NCBI RefSeq assembly: GCF_009834535.1
Contig: NC_045708.1
Location: forward strand, 4,712,001-4,776,000
DNA from: Camelus ferus
Taxonomy: Eukaryota
Direction of reading: 5' to 3'
Length of the DNA: 64,000 nt
Under the pieces are notes generated by a model. That model was not told where the DNA came from and ran no database searches. It worked only from the letters and a program-made list of their open reading frames with translations. The translations under genes were made by a program, and so were the position numbers. Shown piece after piece: positions 58,992 to 64,000 of the stretch (position 1 is its first letter; the number at the start of each line of letters is the position of its first letter).

Positions 58992-60081
58992 TGTATTAGT
59001 TCCTTTTTTTCTTTTTTTATATATATATTTTTATTGAAGTATAGTCAGTTTACGATGTTGTGTCAATTTCTGGTGCACAGCACAATACTTCAGTCATACA
59101 GGAACATTCATATATTCGTTTTCATGTTCTTTTAAACCATAAGTTTCTATAAGATATTGAATATAGTTCCCTGTGCTATACAGTACGAACTTGTTGTTTA
59201 TCTATTTTATATATATATATTAGTTAGTATCTGCAAATCTCAAACTCCCAGTTTATCCCTTCCCACCCCCTTTCCCCACTGGTAACCATAAGTTTGTTTT
59301 CTATGTCTGTGAGTCTGCTTCTGTTTTGTAAATAAGTTCGCTTGTTTTTTTTCCTTAGATTACACATATAAGTGATATCATATGGCATCTTTCTTTCACT
59401 TTATGGCTACTTAACTTAGAATGACAATCTCCAAGTCCATCCATGTTGCTGCAAATGGCATTATTGTGTTCTTTTTTGTGACTGAGTAGTATTCCATTGA
59501 ATAAACATACCATAGCNNNNNNNNNNNNNNNNNNNNNNNNNNNNNNNNNNNNNNNNNNNNNNNNNNNNNNNNNNNNNNNNNNNNNNNNNNNNNNNNNNNN
59601 NNNNNNNNNNNNNNNNNNNNNNNNNNNNNNNNNNNNNNNNNNNNNNNNNNNNNNNNNNCCACCTACACTTATTAACCCAAAGTTCTGGAGGTCAGGTGTC
59701 TGACAAGGATCTGATGGGCTAAGAGCCAGGTGTGGGCAGGGCTGCATTCCGTCTGGAGGCTCTAGGAGAGAATCTGTTGCCTTACCTTTTCCAGCTTCTA
59801 GAGGCATGGATTCCGGGGCTGGTGGCTCCATCCTGCAGCTTCAAAGCCAACAGAGTTACGTCTCCTCTGTAGTTGCCGCTCCTTCTCACCACAGCCAGGT
59901 AAAGGTGCGTGAGGTTATGCACGTGGGGCCCACCTGGATAATCTGGGATAATCTTTCCACTTCCAGGCCTTTAACTCTAATCACATCTGCAAAGTCCCTT
60001 CTGCCAGGAAGGTAACGAAGTCGCAGGGTCTGGGGATTAGGACACGGGTGTTTGGGGATGGTCATTGTTCTGCCAACCACA
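58992..60081 (-). mobile_element. MLT1C/D MaLR solo LTR split by an L1
   Basis: TGTATTAGTTCC at 58992; resumes after the N-run with AGTTCTGGAGGTCAG...GGCTCTAGGAGAGAATC...CACATCTGCAAAGTCCCTT...CATTGTTCTGCCAACCACA. Confidence 0.88.
59004..59516 (-). mobile_element. Camelid-type L1 3' fragment nested in MLT1 (5' end lost in N142, 59517-59658)
   Basis: TATTGAAGTATAGTCAGTTTAC...; minus translation [33 protein letters not shown] is the L1 ORF2 C-terminus. Confidence 0.93.
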
Positions 60082-60084
60082 GTA

Positions 60085-60960
60085 AGTACATTCATATGGT
60101 TCAAAGTTCAAAGTGGTATTTTATAAAAGACAGAGGTTGCGTCCGTGCACGTTGTGCCATCCCAGGATCTCCGGGTACGACTGCCCGTGCTTATTCTTAC
60201 ACCCCCCCTTTCCTCCACTTCTTACCTATTTGTTTAGTCACAATGATAAACCTCTGCTTTGTCATTTAATGGTATATCCCGGAAAACGTTCTCCATTGTA
60301 CATAGAGAACTTCCTTGTTCTTTTTCCCCCTTTCATTCTAATACCACATAATACTCCACTGTGTACGTGTTCCATACTCCCATACTAACATTTTGCTGTA
60401 GCAAACATCTGTTGTGGGGAATAACCTCCTGCGTGCGTCGCTCTGTGCTTGTGTGAGTATGTCTGTAGGATAAATTCCAGAAACGGGCTTGCTGGGTCAG
60501 GGGGTAATTGTGCCTTTGTAATTTTTCTATTCAGTACTTACGCCCTATCTTGTTTAGGTCTTCTGTATCCTTACCTGTTTCCGGCTCCTTTACCTATCTT
60601 GGACTGCGAAGGGGAGTTAACGCCTTTTATCTTTCAGCATGCTTCTACTTTTCTGCTCATCTTCTTTAATTTCTGCTTTGTTAAGGAGGCTGTTCTTTCA
60701 TCTGGTCTCTAACAGTTGTATCTTCACTGGGAACTGCACCCTTTAACATCGTGAAGTGTCTTCTTGGCCTCATTTCTTGCTTGGTGACCCGACGTCTGCC
60801 TTACCTGACGTCGCAGTTCTGACCTCTGTTGTGTTTTACCTCTTCCTGCACCCCCTGCGCCCTTATCCTGCCTGTGGCCTTGCTGGCCGTGAGCACATTC
60901 TGGTCCCACTTCGGAGCCCATCCTTGGGTTGCTTTCTGTCCCCAGAAGTCCCTTCTCTTA
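60085..60960 (-). mobile_element. Ancient L1ME/L1M fragments
   Basis: TACATTCATATGGTTCAAA...AATACTCCACTGTG...GTAGGATAAATTCC...TTGCTGGGTCAGGG, then ORF2-like TAATTTCTGCTTTG...GTATCTTCACTGG.AACTG.ACCCTTTA.CAT. Confidence 0.65.
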
Positions 60961-61838
60961 CTTTTGCCATGTGGATCTCACCCTTCCACGTGTGCCTCTC
61001 CAAACCCCCCTGCAGTGCCCCCACTGCACTTCGAACAATCCCACGTGGAATGAGAGACTGGCTTCCAAAGTCCCCTGGTGTTGATGACACTCGGGTTTCC
61101 CCAAGAGTATGGTGGCCACCCTGAAGCAGCAGCATGTCAGCGTGTTGCTGAGCATGAAGCTGATCGAGAACGTGACCTCTTGGGCCAGAGGGATGGCAGC
61201 ACCCTCTGTGTGGTCTGGTTGGGGAGACGTCTGTGCCACAGGATTTCCAGGGACCCCATCCTTAGCCTGAGGGCCCCAGCTCCCCACCAGGTCTCCCGGG
61301 AATCTTGCCAAGGATTCCCCATCAGAAGCCACGCTCTGAGACATCGAGGGCCACCCTCAGCTGCTGGCCCCTTCCTACACAGGCCTCCCTTCTTTTGAAT
61401 GGGCAGCTGGAAAACAATTTAAAACACATTTCGAGAAAGTCAGTCCCTGCAGAACAAGGAGACTGATACAAGCAGTTTCAGGTCTCTCTGTGACCAGGCT
61501 GGAGCGTGAGGCCTCCCTAGTTAATGAGCAGCATAAAATAAAGTCTTTTCAGTGTAACAGTAAGTTATCCGTTAATTTTACAGTTGAGCTCAGGTAAAAA
61601 CGTCCTGGAGATGGAGCGGCCCTGGCCTTGCACCTGCCAGACCTGGTGCTCACTGCGGCTGAGGGGAGAATTGCTGTTGGGGGCCGGTCTTTGCGGGAGA
61701 AGGAGTCCCTGGGTCCTCCTCTCCTCTCACCTCCTGCGGTGCCCTCCTTCTGCATCAGTGAGCACCATCTCCCGACCCCACAGTGGAGTCAGTTGTCCCC
61801 AGAACAGTACCAGACTTGGGGTCCACAAGATGAGCCTC

Positions 61839-61875
61839 GGAGCCTGGGAGGCGGAGCCTGGGAGGCGGAGCCTGG
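61839..61875. repeat. 14-bp tandem repeat (GGAGCCTGGGAGGC x2.6)
   Basis: Read directly. Confidence 0.92.
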
Positions 61876-61892
61876 TGCCTCCCTTACAAAGA

Positions 61893-61990
61893 GCTCTGAC
61901 CTGGGAGGCGTGACTTATTTTTGCTGAGCCTCCATTTCCTGATCTGTAAACGGGGATGACACCACACTTGGTACATGCGGGGCTTCCTTG
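61893..61990 (+). mobile_element. MIR core fragment
   Basis: CTGACCTGGG...CTGAGCCTCCATTTCCTGATCTGTAAACGGGGATGA. Confidence 0.7.
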
Positions 61991-64000
61991 AACCACAGGG
62001 CGGCACCAGCCCTGGAGCCGGGGCCCCGAGGCGTAACAAGCATGACTCGGGGTGGATGCGAACCGGGGTGCTGGCTGGGACGGCACATCCCAGCTGTGGG
62101 GGCTGGGAGGGAGCATCGTTCTGTACGCAGCTCCCTGCTGTTGGGGGTGCTTTGCGGTTGATGGTGATCTCTGCCACCTGCCCTCCTCACCCCGGCCCCA
62201 GAACTGCGGTGGGAGGTTTGGAGAGCAACCAGGACAGAGGCGCAACCGTAGGGTCCGGGTCTTGCCTGAGGGTGGAGCTGGGCCTTCTGCAGGCGCCTGG
62301 GCTCGGTGGTGCCTCTGCCTCCCATGAAGAGTAGATCCTGTCCAGTCTCCAGATTCCTTTGGACCAGGAGGATGGGAAGAGGGACCCCAGGGAGGGGTCC
62401 GTGCAGAGACCTGGGGCGTGACGAGAGTGGCTCCAGGAGCGTGGCCCAGCATCCACGGCATCCGGGCACCAGGTTCCCCAAACCCCAAACCCCTGAGTGT
62501 GTGGAGCCAGTCTGCCCAGCAGCAAACTAGCCCCGAGTGTTCCCAAGAGACGGCTGGTGAGGCCAGACACCATCAGGCAGGGCGACTCTCCAAGTCTGAG
62601 GCAGGCACCCAGGAGCAGGGAGAGTTCGGAAAGACTCTTTAAAATGGGCCCTTGGCAGGTGCCCTTGAGTCCCAGCGGTGCCTTTGGCTTTGCGTCTCCT
62701 CTGCACCTTCAGGTGCTCGCCGGTGCGGCCGCATGCCCAGACCCACACGGGGGCAGCCGGATGTCCGCTGCTGCCTGGTGACGGATGCAGGTCTTTGGGC
62801 TTTCAGGCGACCTCACTTGAGTTTCTGAGTTATTCGTGCAGAAACTACCCCCTAGGCAGGTGCGCCGGCCCGAGATTGGGGAAGTTTGGGCTGTGTCACG
62901 TGGGAGGGCAGCCCTTGTCAGTTCCACATCTCAGACCCCAACCAGGCGCTCCTGGGACGGGAACGTGGTCACACTTTAAACCAAGAGCCCCGGCCCAGCT
63001 GGGCCTGCAGTGGTGCTTAGTGAGACAGTTTTTATATGGTTACCAAACACCATCTGGTAACTAAAGACAGACTGGTCGAGCAAACCCTTCTGAAATGGAT
63101 TTTGGTGACATTGCTGTGCAGTCAGTCCTGCGCGTGGGTTTTCAATGATGAACTCTGCCTAGTTCCCTTCGGGCACCTGTCAGTGGCGGGGCTGCGGGGG
63201 CAGTAGCTCTGGGAGAGGGAGCGGATGCCGTCAGAGCTGGACTCTGGGGCCCCAGGGAGTCTGATGCAGGTGCGGATCTGGGCCATCAGAGCCCTTGTAG
63301 GGAGGCCATTGGGGACAGGGGCCGGCACCCACAGGAGGGAGGGAGCCAGGGCTGTCTTGGTCCACATCCCATTTTGTCTTGGGCTCCCCCTGTGTTCAGG
63401 ACAGGTGGCCCCACCTCCTAGGGGAGGACTTGTCTTACCCACTGGGGACCACACTGTTCCTAACAAATCGTGACACCAACTAGAAGTGGGCCAAAGACCC
63501 TGGGGGATTCTGCCTCCAGGGCAGAGAGCCACCAGCCCAAGGTATCTGGAGATGCCTGGCCTCCCCATCCTTCCTCGGGAAAGACTGCCGGCCCTAACCC
63601 TGCAGCCAGCAGTCCCCTAGTTTCTTAGCCCCACAGGCTGGGGGAGGAACCCCAGGCTTCCCTGGAGGGAAGGGACTGGCATGAGGACCTCATCTGCTGA
63701 GGCCCTCCCCCGCAGGGTTCCAGGCACCTCCAGGCCACAGTAATGCTGAAGGCTGACACCGCGTGCCCGTCACCTGTGCCAGGTAGCGTGCTCGGCGCTC
63801 GGCATGACAGCACCGGCCCTCCCAGCCATCCCGTCGGGGAGAGTGATTACCGTCTCTGTGGGAAGAAACGGGCTCCCCAAGATCATGCACTAGTGTATAA
63901 AGCTAGCAGTTAAGCATTTTGCCCGGAACAGGAGACCGGGACACCTCATTTAGCTTCAAATGGAAGATACATTTGTTTTCTTCTCAGAGGGAAGACACCC

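Noticed and set aside
176-63890. Remaining track ORFs, including the longer ones (16893-17564, 33043-33639, 51913-52557, 57004-57759, 61727-62488)
   Set aside because: Pro/Gly/Arg/Ser-rich GC-driven composition, heavy overlap on both strands, many GTG/TTG starts, and no domain I recognise.

Overview
Mammalian genomic DNA, GC-rich and mostly non-coding. A camelid origin is likely (inference): there is one tRNA-Ala-derived SINE of Vic-1 type and several cetartiodactyl/camelid-type L1 3' ends, and I saw no Alu, B1, Bov-A/BovB, PRE-1 or Can-SINE. I cannot support any protein-coding gene, RNA gene or CRISPR array. The ORF track is what GC-rich non-coding DNA and repeats produce by chance, and the 530-aa ORF is a read-through of a minisatellite. 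About 30% of the window (my rough sum) is recognisable repeat: MIR, L2, old and young L1 fragments, ten solo LTRs (MLT1, MLT2, an ERV1-like and a MER54-like element), MER20/MER58A DNA transposons, and a ~1.37-kb 19-bp G-rich minisatellite. Four N-runs fall inside L1 copies. Family names come from recalled consensus sequences and need RepeatMasker/Dfam confirmation; boundaries of old elements are approximate. I found no demonstrable new biological system. The best leads are: (1) 9 of 10 LTRs lie on the minus strand, hinting that the window is an intron of a + strand gene; (2) the minisatellite is packed with GTGAGT donor-like motifs and starts exactly at a strong 3' splice site; (3) an unassigned ~230-bp diverged duplication retains a nearly identical 40-bp core; (4) a motif-dense candidate regulatory block at ~47 kb; (5) a few unverified exon-like segments.
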